Shown here piece after piece: positions 19,221 to 27,233 of a stretch of DNA of 64,000 bases. The stretch covers positions 507 through 64,506 of IMG/VR virus record IMGVR_UViG_3300044825_000714, one strand, 5' to 3'. Position 1 is the first letter of the stretch; each line of letters begins with the position of its first letter. Origin of the DNA: a virus. Taxonomy: Duplodnaviria > Caudoviricetes. The notes below the pieces were generated by a model. The model ran no database searches. It was not told the DNA's origin and saw nothing but the letters and a program-made list of their open reading frames with translations. A program made the translations under genes and the position numbers.

Positions 19221-22038
19221 TTTGGAAGAGATGCGAAACGTCCATCGCAATTTCGTACGCTTGCACGTTGGTTGACCCTAGCGCATCGCGCCAGCCAGCC
19301 GCCATCTGTTTGCGCACTTTCTCGCGCAGAATGCCCGCCTTGGACAGCCGGGTCTCAAACTGCTTGATGTCCATCTTGATGTCTTTGAGGTACTGCTTCA
19401 TCGCAGAAGTCGAGACGTAGATCAGGCCGTTATCCACCTCAGCACGGATCAGCAGCGGGCCACGGGGTTCAGTCGTGACCTTGCCCTCGCGCACTACCAG
19501 ACAACTCTGGATGTTCTTGTTGATGAAGTCACCCAGCGTGTCGGAGCGGTTGTTCTCGTCATCGGCGCGCTTGCCAGCAATCACGTCGTCAAAGTGCTTG
19601 CCCACCACGTCAAAGATGCGGTCAAGGTCGAACGACACGATGCCCAACTGATTGATGATCTCGCCTGCGACCCGAGGCAGTGAGATTAGGTTAGACAGAA
19701 AGCGGTACTCGGCATTGGCCGAATAGTGTTCAGCCACACGCAGATATTCTTTCTTGGCGCGCGTGCGTATCTCCTCGACCCCAAGCCTGAAGAGTTCCTT
19801 AACGTAGATGGGACCGGCGTGGCCGTAGTTGAACTTCAGGGGATCAAACATCTCCACACCGCGTTCCATGGTCAGTTCGTACCCCGGCACACTTGGCTTG
19901 CCCACTTCCGGCTCCAGCAGACGGACGTTCTCGGCAGCGTTGTTGGCCTTGTGCTCAGACAGAATGCTGCGCATCGGCTTGTTGGTCGTCATGATGGCGA
20001 TCAGCCGAGAGTTGTACGCCGCTTCGCGTTCCTGATTGTTAGAAGCCATCAGACGAATCTTCGATTTGCCTGAGCTAATGTTGTACAGAAGTGGGGAGAC
20101 GACATCGGATTTGAGGTTCCCCTGTTCGTCCAAGCCATACACGATGTTCTTACTGGTGATCATCCGCTGCACCAGACCGTTGCCCGTGCCCTCGTAGACC
20201 GACAACTGCTCCGGGTTGCCCCAGATACTGAGCGCGCCGTACAACGCCCCGGTCTTGCCGGTGCCGGGGCCTTCGCTGTACAGCGAGAGAGTTACGCCGT
20301 TGACGTTACTCAACTCCATCAGTGGCGACGCGAACCCGCACAGGACGGTGAACGCATGCAGTTCGTAGCCCGGATCGTTGAACATCTGAATGCACTGCTG
20401 CCATATCTCGTAGTTGCCCTTTTCGTGGATGTGGCGCACAACGCCCTTGGACATGGGAGACGGCGGGCAGTACCGCTCTTCGCCAGCGGTTATCTCTCGG
20501 GTGCCGATAACAAAAGACTTGAGGTCTTCAGTCCAGCCTTGCTGAACGCGCATGGTGTCCGCGCGCCCGGTCTCCATCAGGTAAGCAGTCCATTTCATGA
20601 GGTAACTCGCTAGTCTGGGGGCCACATTTGGCTCAAACACAACTCCGTTAGATGCCAGCGTGGCGCGCAGCTTGTCTAACGACGCAACGTCCCGCAGTGG
20701 TAGGAGAAACTCCCGGCTGGCGTCTTGTGGCAGGCGCAGATACATCAACAAGCATTCGCCATCGTGCGGGCTGTAGATGCGCTTGATCGGGAAGACATCG
20801 TTCGGAGTAAGTAGCTCCGGGTCGTCTTGGATCAGCTTTCCCTTTTTGTCTCGTCGGGGAGGTGGGGTGTAGTAGATGCCTCCGTTGACTCCACGGCTGT
20901 AGGGTAGGAGGAAGTCTGGGAAGAAAACATCTTCGGGACCCTGCGGACTCCGAATTGGTTCCTCTTCATCTTCGGCTTCTGCGACGAACTGAGCTTCGGC
21001 GGTTTTGAGTACTTTTCCAAGGTCAATCGGTCCTGTAATTTGTCCACGGTAGGGGCACCCTTCGCATCCAGCGCGGTTCTCTTTAGCGAACGCTTCACAC
21101 CCGTGCGCCCAGTTGGCTTCGCGCAGAGACTGCGCTGCCTTCAGTTCTGTCTCGTCGTACGAATAGCCGGGGTAGTCCTCAGACATCTGGTGGATAGCCG
21201 TCGCCCCATCCCGGCAACGCACCGCCACGGAGATGCCCGCGTACCATAACGGTTCAGGGCACTCTGAAGCGTTCTCTAAGATGTACTTGATCTGCGCACA
21301 GCCATCGCCCTCCAGACTCGTGGTGGCGATCCTGCCAAAGTCATACTCAAAGTTGCCGTTGCGCTTGTCGTAGATGGCCTTGGTGTCTTCGTCCAGACCG
21401 CGCTCCACATCGCGCAGATCAAACTTCTTCTGTACGTTGCCCAGCGCAGGCTTGAGTTCTTCAAAGTCGTAGGTGTAGACCTCGGTCAGCATCGTCGATG
21501 CCGTAGGAGGGTCATACCGGTAGTTCATCGTTCCCGGCACGCGCATCAACCGCGCAGAGTCGGCAGGCACAGCCTCGTCGATGATCATGCCCTTCTCGAC
21601 GCACAACTGCTTGAACTTCTCCGCGTAGAGCGTCCAGTCTTCGGCGGGCAGCGCCTCGTTGAGAATCCAGTACGCGTGGATGCCCCCTCCCGAGTCAATC
21701 AGTACGGGCATCGGCCAGTCGATCTCTTGGCAGAATCGCTGGAGGTCTTCTACCGCTGCCTGCTTCGACTCGTAGCGGTTCTTGCCATGCTCTACGTCAA
21801 GGTCGAGAAAGAATGACTTCACGTACAGGCACTCAGCCTGTCGTCGGCGGTTGCCGGAGTACGTCCCCGGCGTGAAGTACACGTTGTACTTCTGTTTGAT
21901 GAAATTTTGCGCTACGGTCAGCGCAGCTTCGATGTCGGAGGGGAACCTCGGAATCGTTGTACCGTCATCGGGCCGGATAGCCGCGATACACAAATTCCCC
22001 TGCGTCGGAAATACTTTCTCGAAAAATTCTTTGTTCAT
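19183..22038 (-). CDS. Primase-helicase (AEP/RepB-type primase plus DUF927-type helicase)
   Basis: FFLDLD, SGGGIHAYW, ARLMRVPGT primase motifs; CEGCP zinc site; Walker A GPGTGKT and GLDE. Confidence 0.88.
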   Translation of the reverse strand: MNKEFFEKVFPTQGNLCIAAIRPDDGTTIPRFPSDIEAALTVAQNFIKQKYNVYFTPGTYSGNRRRQAECLYVKSFFLDLDVEHGKNRYESKQAAVEDLQRFCQEIDWPMPVLIDSGGGIHAYWILNEALPAEDWTLYAEKFKQLCVEKGMIIDEAVPADSARLMRVPGTMNYRYDPPTASTMLTEVYTYDFEELKPALGNVQKKFDLRDVERGLDEDTKAIYDKRNGNFEYDFGRIATTSLEGDGCAQIKYILENASECPEPLWYAGISVAVRCRDGATAIHQMSEDYPGYSYDETELKAAQSLREANWAHGCEAFAKENRAGCEGCPYRGQITGPIDLGKVLKTAEAQFVAEAEDEEEPIRSPQGPEDVFFPDFLLPYSRGVNGGIYYTPPPRRDKKGKLIQDDPELLTPNDVFPIKRIYSPHDGECLLMYLRLPQDASREFLLPLRDVASLDKLRATLASNGVVFEPNVAPRLASYLMKWTAYLMETGRADTMRVQQGWTEDLKSFVIGTREITAGEERYCPPSPMSKGVVRHIHEKGNYEIWQQCIQMFNDPGYELHAFTVLCGFASPLMELSNVNGVTLSLYSEGPGTGKTGALYGALSIWGNPEQLSVYEGTGNGLVQRMITSKNIVYGLDEQGNLKSDVVSPLLYNISSGKSKIRLMASNNQEREAAYNSRLIAIMTTNKPMRSILSEHKANNAAENVRLLEPEVGKPSVPGYELTMERGVEMFDPLKFNYGHAGPIYVKELFRLGVEEIRTRAKKEYLRVAEHYSANAEYRFLSNLISLPRVAGEIINQLGIVSFDLDRIFDVVGKHFDDVIAGKRADDENNRSDTLGDFINKNIQSCLVVREGKVTTEPRGPLLIRAEVDNGLIYVSTSAMKQYLKDIKMDIKQFETRLSKAGILREKVRKQMAAGWRDALGSTNVQAYEIAMDVSHLFQNEQEAAPAEPVV

Positions 22039-22050
22039 TTTCGCAGAGAC

Positions 22051-22075
22051 AAAAATAGCGGAGTCGCCCCCGCTA
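22051..22075 (-). terminator. Intrinsic terminator upstream of primase
   Basis: TAGCGGGG-GCGA-CTCCGCTA-TTTTT on the minus strand. Confidence 0.65.
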
Positions 22076-22091
22076 GGGTGAACTGACAGGG

Positions 22092-22433
22092 TCAGTCCTG
22101 CTTCTCTTTCGTTGCCGCCGTGACTATCGGTTTGTCCGACATCTCTCCCAGATACTCTCGCGCTTCAGCGAGAGTTCGCACGGGCAGCACCCCTTTGTTC
22201 ATATCGTCTTGTACGATGTCGATAAACACGTTGACCCGTTCGCGTTTGCTCGGACGAATCGCGCCGCCCCTGAACCATGTGTGCAGAGCCATGCGCGATA
22301 CGCCGAGAACTTGCGCTACGTAGGTGGCTGGAAGATTGGCCGCGATACAGGTGTTCGCAAGCTCAATCCCCAGTTTGTAGTCCGTGTTTCCGCGTACAGC
22401 CTCAATCAATTTTGCGCTGTACTTCGCCACCAT
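22092..22433 (-). CDS. HTH DNA-binding protein
   Basis: ATYVAQVLGVSRMALHTWFRG helix-turn-helix. Confidence 0.75.
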   Translation of the reverse strand: MVAKYSAKLIEAVRGNTDYKLGIELANTCIAANLPATYVAQVLGVSRMALHTWFRGGAIRPSKRERVNVFIDIVQDDMNKGVLPVRTLAEAREYLGEMSDKPIVTAATKEKQD

Positions 22434-23290
22434 TACGCTTTCGTCCACTTCTTGACGATGTCAGACACGTCCGAGACTTTCTCAGGCGCGGCCTTCTTAG
22501 TCTTGTGCACGGCGGGTTCCGGCACTTCTTCGTTGGAGCCAGCGGGTGCCTGCGGTTCTTCCTCAGCACCTTTGTCCGCTTTGTACACGGTCAGCTTCAC
22601 CGCAGTTTCCGCAGCGGCAGACTTGGCCTGACGCATGACGATCTCTTTGGTCTCCTCGGGCACTGCGGACTCCGGAGAGAACAGCAGGCGGGGGACGGGA
22701 GAGTTAATGTCGAACTGCATCCGGGTCACAACGCGCCCAGCGGACACATTGTTATTGGCCAGCATCTGGATGTAGGGGCGGAACGGCCAGCGACCATTCT
22801 CTTCCTTGCCAAAGCAGGACGTAGCAGGCAGCACAAGCTGGTACACATCGCCGTTCGGATCACCGGGCAGAATGACCGCAGTGCGCCACGACAGACGGCA
22901 GGCCGTGCCCTGACCACCTTGACCAGAACCCTTGACCGAGTTCGGGCACTCAGCGCAAGACGCCGCAGGGGGGTTCGCCACATCTGCGTCGGGGGTCTTG
23001 GAGTCGGACGACCAGCAGGTCGGAGCCAGTTTGACGCCTTTCTTGTACGACGACGCGTAGAAGGTGCGCGAGGCATCGTGGGCCATCTTCACAAAGATGA
23101 TGCCCATGTCGTTGTTAGTGTTCACCGATTGCTCTTTACCGCCAACAATCTTGCGGAAGACGCGGCCCTCGATGGAGATGCGTTTGTTCTGCTTCGTGTT
23201 GCCAGCAACGGCAAGGGTATCTTCATCAAGCCCCTCAGCGCCGAGAGCGGCAAGAGCGGAAGGGTTCAGGGTTGCGAGTTCGTTAGCCAT
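22433..23290 (-). CDS. Putative ssDNA-binding / recombination protein
   Basis: RISIEGRVFR, CWSSD, CAECP..KGSG...ACR motifs; charged tail; replication-module position. Confidence 0.55.
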   Translation of the reverse strand: MANELATLNPSALAALGAEGLDEDTLAVAGNTKQNKRISIEGRVFRKIVGGKEQSVNTNNDMGIIFVKMAHDASRTFYASSYKKGVKLAPTCWSSDSKTPDADVANPPAASCAECPNSVKGSGQGGQGTACRLSWRTAVILPGDPNGDVYQLVLPATSCFGKEENGRWPFRPYIQMLANNNVSAGRVVTRMQFDINSPVPRLLFSPESAVPEETKEIVMRQAKSAAAETAVKLTVYKADKGAEEEPQAPAGSNEEVPEPAVHKTKKAAPEKVSDVSDIVKKWTKA

Positions 23291-23297
23291 AATTTCC

Positions 23298-23711
23298 TCA
23301 GACTGTAGTTGCACTGGTTGACGGAGCCTTGCGCACGACGATGTCGTACTCACGCAGGCTATTCACACCGGGCGGCAGACCTTCTCCGCTACGCTCGGCC
23401 ATGAATTCTTTGAAGTTGCGCTGATGGATACGGCGCTCCAGCAAGTCAATCGAGCCTTCGGTCTCGACGAACTTTTTGAAGTTGTCCCAGTCAGTGCAGA
23501 AGTATCGGTCTTTCACTTGGCGGGTCACAGTGCCGTGATTGGTACGGAACCCGTTGGTGTTGGTTTGGTTGCAGATGTCGAGCAACGCACTCTCCAGCTT
23601 CTCGATGTCGGCTTTGAGCGCGTCGTCTTGCGCTTCGTATTCGGCCTTGAGCGTCTCACGCTTGCGGCGAATCGTCAAGTAGGTTTCCACTAGGGCTTCG
23701 GCGTCAGTCAT
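23298..23711 (-). CDS. Conserved replication-module protein
   Basis: Coiled coil plus RTNHGTV, DLLERRI and LPPGV motifs between helicase and SSB-like gene. Confidence 0.6.
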   Translation of the reverse strand: MTDAEALVETYLTIRRKRETLKAEYEAQDDALKADIEKLESALLDICNQTNTNGFRTNHGTVTRQVKDRYFCTDWDNFKKFVETEGSIDLLERRIHQRNFKEFMAERSGEGLPPGVNSLREYDIVVRKAPSTSATTV

Positions 23712-25278
23712 CACTGTTCTCCACTTCATCAACGAAAAGGTCCACTAATTTCGTGTGCATGTCCACCTTGTTCTGCAACATCTTGTACATGCGTTTCTCC
23801 ACCTCGGACCCTTGGAGGTGAACCACGGTCATCTTGTTCTGCTGTCCCACGCGGTCGATCCGTGCAATGCACTGCAAATACGTTTCGACTGACATCACAG
23901 GAGACCAGAACACGATAGTGTCAGCGGCGGTGAGCGTGACGCCATGCGACGCCGCCTGCGGTTGGATCAGTAGCACCCGAGGGTTGGCTACTGTCTGGAA
24001 GTTATTGAACACGCGCCCACGCTCCGATGCACTCACGTCACCTGAGATGATCTCGTTGGTTACGCCTTCTCCATCAAGATATTTCTTGACGACGTTGAGC
24101 GTGTGCTTGTACGGGATGAAGATGATGATCTTGTTGCGCGTCTCGTCCAGCACTTCGCTGAGAACTTTTAGACGTGGCGTGATATCAAACTCCACCACGT
24201 TGGAGTCGTCGGTGTAGACCGCGCCGCCGGACAGTTGCAGTAGGCGGGACAGCGCCGCTGCCGCGTTGACCGTACTGATGGTCTCGCCCGCTGCCTCAAT
24301 CTGCATCTCTTTGACCAACTCGCGGTAGTACTTCGTTGCCTGCGGTGTGAGCGGAACATCTCTCGTAACAGACACCAGATCAGGCAGGTCCAAACACTGC
24401 GCCTTCTCGTACCGGATCGCGGGTTGCAGCGCGTTGAACACGGTAGCCTGCGAGTCAGCCTTGGGCACCCACTTGAACTTGCTGACTTGGCGCATGACCT
24501 TGTCTTTCCAAGCGGTCTTGAACTTGGGCACGCCCTGCGGGTTGATCATCTTGGCCAGACCAAATGCATCTTCAGGAGACTGCGCGGCGGGAGTGCCCGT
24601 CATCATCCACAGATACGTGTCGGCCTTGACGATTCGTGAAAGAGTTTTCCAGCGTACGGTGGACGGGTTCTTGTAGGCGTTGGCCTCGTCCACGATGATC
24701 AGATCAAAGTCGGCTTTCTTGATCGCCTCTTCAACGACACCCACGCCGTCAAAGTTGATGATCACGAACTCGTACATGCCGTTGATGATCTTCTCGCGCT
24801 TGGCAGCGGAGCCATGCGCCACGCCGCAGGAGCGGTGCATCGCGGACTTGAAGAGGTCTCCCTGCCACGCGCTGTACATGATCGACAGCGGACAGATCAC
24901 TAAACAACGCTTCACCCTACCCTGACGCATTAGGTAGTCAGCGGCCCAGATGGCAGCGGAGGTCTTGCCCGTGCCTGCTTCGTTGAAGCAGAACGCGCGC
25001 TTGTGCAGAGTCAGAAACCGAGCGGTGTCACGCTGATGGTCAAAGGGCTTGTACATCCCCGGCCAGTTGTAGTCACGCTCGATGGGTGAGGGAATTTTGA
25101 TCGAGGCAGGCGCGACACGCGAGAGACGTTGCATCTCATCGAGGCCCCAATACACGGCGACCTCCGCGACTTCGCCCATGTCCCGCAGTACCTCACTCTT
25201 GTCGATGTAGCTCTCGATGGTGTAGGCAACGCTGCTGGGGCAGACGAATTTCAGAACTGAATTCTCAACTATCTCCAT
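23704..25278 (-). CDS. SNF2-like superfamily 2 helicase
   Basis: NEAGTGKT, IIVDEA, MTGTP, HGVTLTAA, QCIARIDRVGQ. Confidence 0.92.
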   Translation of the reverse strand: MEIVENSVLKFVCPSSVAYTIESYIDKSEVLRDMGEVAEVAVYWGLDEMQRLSRVAPASIKIPSPIERDYNWPGMYKPFDHQRDTARFLTLHKRAFCFNEAGTGKTSAAIWAADYLMRQGRVKRCLVICPLSIMYSAWQGDLFKSAMHRSCGVAHGSAAKREKIINGMYEFVIINFDGVGVVEEAIKKADFDLIIVDEANAYKNPSTVRWKTLSRIVKADTYLWMMTGTPAAQSPEDAFGLAKMINPQGVPKFKTAWKDKVMRQVSKFKWVPKADSQATVFNALQPAIRYEKAQCLDLPDLVSVTRDVPLTPQATKYYRELVKEMQIEAAGETISTVNAAAALSRLLQLSGGAVYTDDSNVVEFDITPRLKVLSEVLDETRNKIIIFIPYKHTLNVVKKYLDGEGVTNEIISGDVSASERGRVFNNFQTVANPRVLLIQPQAASHGVTLTAADTIVFWSPVMSVETYLQCIARIDRVGQQNKMTVVHLQGSEVEKRMYKMLQNKVDMHTKLVDLFVDEVENSDD

Positions 25279-25303
25279 ACTGTCCTTCTACTGTTTTGGG
25301 GTT

Positions 25304-25439
25304 GCCAGCCCTGACGTGGGAGTAATGTCGTTCGGGGGAGAAAGCGCCCACCGGCTGGCTGATGCGGTTTGAGGCTGAAGCTGACCTCTTTTGGGATCTC
25401 TAGTACCCGTGGCCCACTCACACCTAACAGCCACGCATC
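25304..25439 (-). ncRNA. Candidate structured leader RNA / sRNA upstream of helicase
   Basis: Stems 25304-10/25353-59, 25316-20/25347-51 and 25361-66/25434-39; directly downstream of a promoter. Confidence 0.55.
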
Positions 25440-25441
25440 CA

Positions 25442-25469
25442 ATTATGCGGATGCCGATTCAAATGTCAA
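25442..25469 (-). promoter_or_regulatory. Sigma70-type promoter
   Basis: TTGACA-16 bp-CATAAT. Confidence 0.65.
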
Positions 25470-25780
25470 GTTCTCTTTCGCTCTTTTTTGCTGGTCTCCG
25501 ACACCAGCGCGCCCGACGCAGCACGACGGAACGAACGATTGGCACTCGGTGATTGAATGAACACACCATGCTTGTTGGAGCCGCCCTTGGACAGCGCCTT
25601 GCGGTGCGCAATGTCTTTGCCTTCTCGCGCATCGGCCTTGCCGTTGCCGTTGGCATCGCGTCCCTTCTTGTCCATGGCACGGCGCGCTCGTTGGCGCTCC
25701 ATGCGGTCGGCGTGTTCGCCCCGCGCCTTCTGCTGGGCATATTCAAGTTTGTACGGTCGCTTCTTGTTTACGTAGGGCAT
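25466..25780 (-). CDS. Small HNH-like protein
   Basis: GKDIAHRKALSKGGSN...SANRS HNH-type core. Confidence 0.7.
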   Translation of the reverse strand: MPYVNKKRPYKLEYAQQKARGEHADRMERQRARRAMDKKGRDANGNGKADAREGKDIAHRKALSKGGSNKHGVFIQSPSANRSFRRAASGALVSETSKKERKRT

Positions 25781-25946
25781 CTCGTTGCTCCTTCATGTGC
25801 TTGAGCGCGTTGAGCGTCATGCGGGTTTCTGTCAGCGCGGTGAGGCAGTGCTCCATCGCAGTGTCGAGGTCGTTCTCGATAGCTGCCCAGTGCATATCTT
25901 TCATGGCGCGCTCAGCGCTCATCGCGGGTTGTGCGTAGTCGATCAT
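25743..25946 (-). CDS. Hypothetical protein
   Basis: ATGA-coupled to exonuclease; helical. Confidence 0.55.
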   Translation of the reverse strand: MIDYAQPAMSAERAMKDMHWAAIENDLDTAMEHCLTALTETRMTLNALKHMKEQRDALRKQEATVQT

Positions 25947-26605
25947 CTTTCTTTATAGAACTCACAGGTTTGGACAGGACACCAGCCGCACAGCGGAGTT
26001 GGGTTGGGCATCCAGTGATCATTTTCGTGGGACAGACGCAGACGTTCAAGGTCAAACCAGAAGTCCTGCCAAAGTTTTTCCTCGTCAGCCCTCGCGTACT
26101 CGCTGGTTACAAAGTGTTCATGTGCCACAAACAGCAGGCCCGCCTTGAAGTGCTTGACCTCGGGGAAGTGTTTGAATCCCATGAGCGCCATAAGTTGCAA
26201 CTGCTTGGGGTCGGGATAACGATTACTACCCGTCTTGTAATCAACAATAAAGCCTTGATCGCCGTTGACTACAACAAGGTCTGCAACCCCTCGTACCCAG
26301 TAGTTCGGGTCTCTGAAGCCGCACGGCACTTTGTCTGCGGTCAGCGCCATCTCGTGCTCAGGGTACTTCGTGCCCTCCATCTCGCGTAGGGGATCGAGTT
26401 GCTTCTGGTACCGCTGGTAGTTTTTCAGTAAAGGGGTCCCATCCCGGACGTAGTCCTCCAGCGCCTTGTGTACTTCCGTGCCGTACAGCATCTGTTCTGT
26501 TTGCTTTTTGGTGAAGTTCTTTAGCACCTTCACCTGCTGATACTGCCGGGGGCAGTTCTTGTAGTCCTTGAGACCCGAGTACGACCACTGAATCTTGACT
26601 GTCAT
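25943..26605 (-). CDS. PD-(D/E)xK Cas4/RecB-like exonuclease
   Basis: WSYS...CP, GTEVH, GVADL, IVDYKTG, QLQL, CGWCP...C. Confidence 0.88.
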   Translation of the reverse strand: MTVKIQWSYSGLKDYKNCPRQYQQVKVLKNFTKKQTEQMLYGTEVHKALEDYVRDGTPLLKNYQRYQKQLDPLREMEGTKYPEHEMALTADKVPCGFRDPNYWVRGVADLVVVNGDQGFIVDYKTGSNRYPDPKQLQLMALMGFKHFPEVKHFKAGLLFVAHEHFVTSEYARADEEKLWQDFWFDLERLRLSHENDHWMPNPTPLCGWCPVQTCEFYKER

Positions 26606-27233
26606 GGAGAGACTTCCGTTCTTTCTTTGATCCGGTAGAACATACCATATTCAGGCGCTTTTCATTGAAGCCTTTGTCCTGCGTCCAAAATGCTGCACCG
26701 CGCAAAAACAGGAACCAGTATGGCTCGTTCCCAGCCATGCGTTGTAGATCGTTCTGCTTATGTACGATTAAAGTCCCAACATTGGACCGCCCACCAAAGA
26801 TATTCAGCGCAGCCACCGAGTCGATGTTGATCCCGCCCGTGCAGGCGGTCATCGGGGTCATGTTCTTTTGCACCGGGCCGAGGAAGACAGGCATCTCAAG
26901 ATCGGCAGAGTACGCAGCGGCTTGTTCCAGATAGTCAGCCAGCGTCGTCGCGTTCAGGCCGTTGTTGTGGTAGACGGACATCCGGCGCTTGCACTCGATA
27001 GCGAACGTCGCCTCGTAGGTGCGTACAACAAAGTCCACCTTCTTACCGCTCTTGGTGCGCACTTGCTCGTCGAATGCCCAGCCTTGTGCGTTAAGCAACT
27101 CTCGAATGAACTGTGAAGCTTTGTCTTCGGTGTCGTACTGCGCCGCGTTTTTAAGCGCCAAGTCGCGCATCGCGTAGTGGTACCCGTTGTGATCAATCCG
27201 ATAGGCTTCAGGGTCAAAATCAAACGTCGCCAT
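26358..27233 (-). CDS. Restriction-like PD-(D/E)xK nuclease (possible free-standing homing nuclease)
   Basis: EQVRTKSGKKVDFVV...FAIECKR and Q...Y motif; 3' part overlaps exonuclease by about 250 nt. Confidence 0.6.
   Translation of the reverse strand: MATFDFDPEAYRIDHNGYHYAMRDLALKNAAQYDTEDKASQFIRELLNAQGWAFDEQVRTKSGKKVDFVVRTYEATFAIECKRRMSVYHNNGLNATTLADYLEQAAAYSADLEMPVFLGPVQKNMTPMTACTGGINIDSVAALNIFGGRSNVGTLIVHKQNDLQRMAGNEPYWFLFLRGAAFWTQDKGFNEKRLNMVCSTGSKKERKSLHDSQDSVVVLGSQGLQELPPAVSAGEGAKELHQKANRTDAVRHGSTQGAGGLRPGWDPFTEKLPAVPEATRSPTRDGGHEVP

Noticed and set aside
25300-25440. tRNA or plus-strand ORF using GGGGGAGAAAG as RBS
   Set aside because: No cloverleaf or T-loop consensus; the nearest ATG is too far from the purine tract and gives only a short peptide; promoter orientation favours the minus strand
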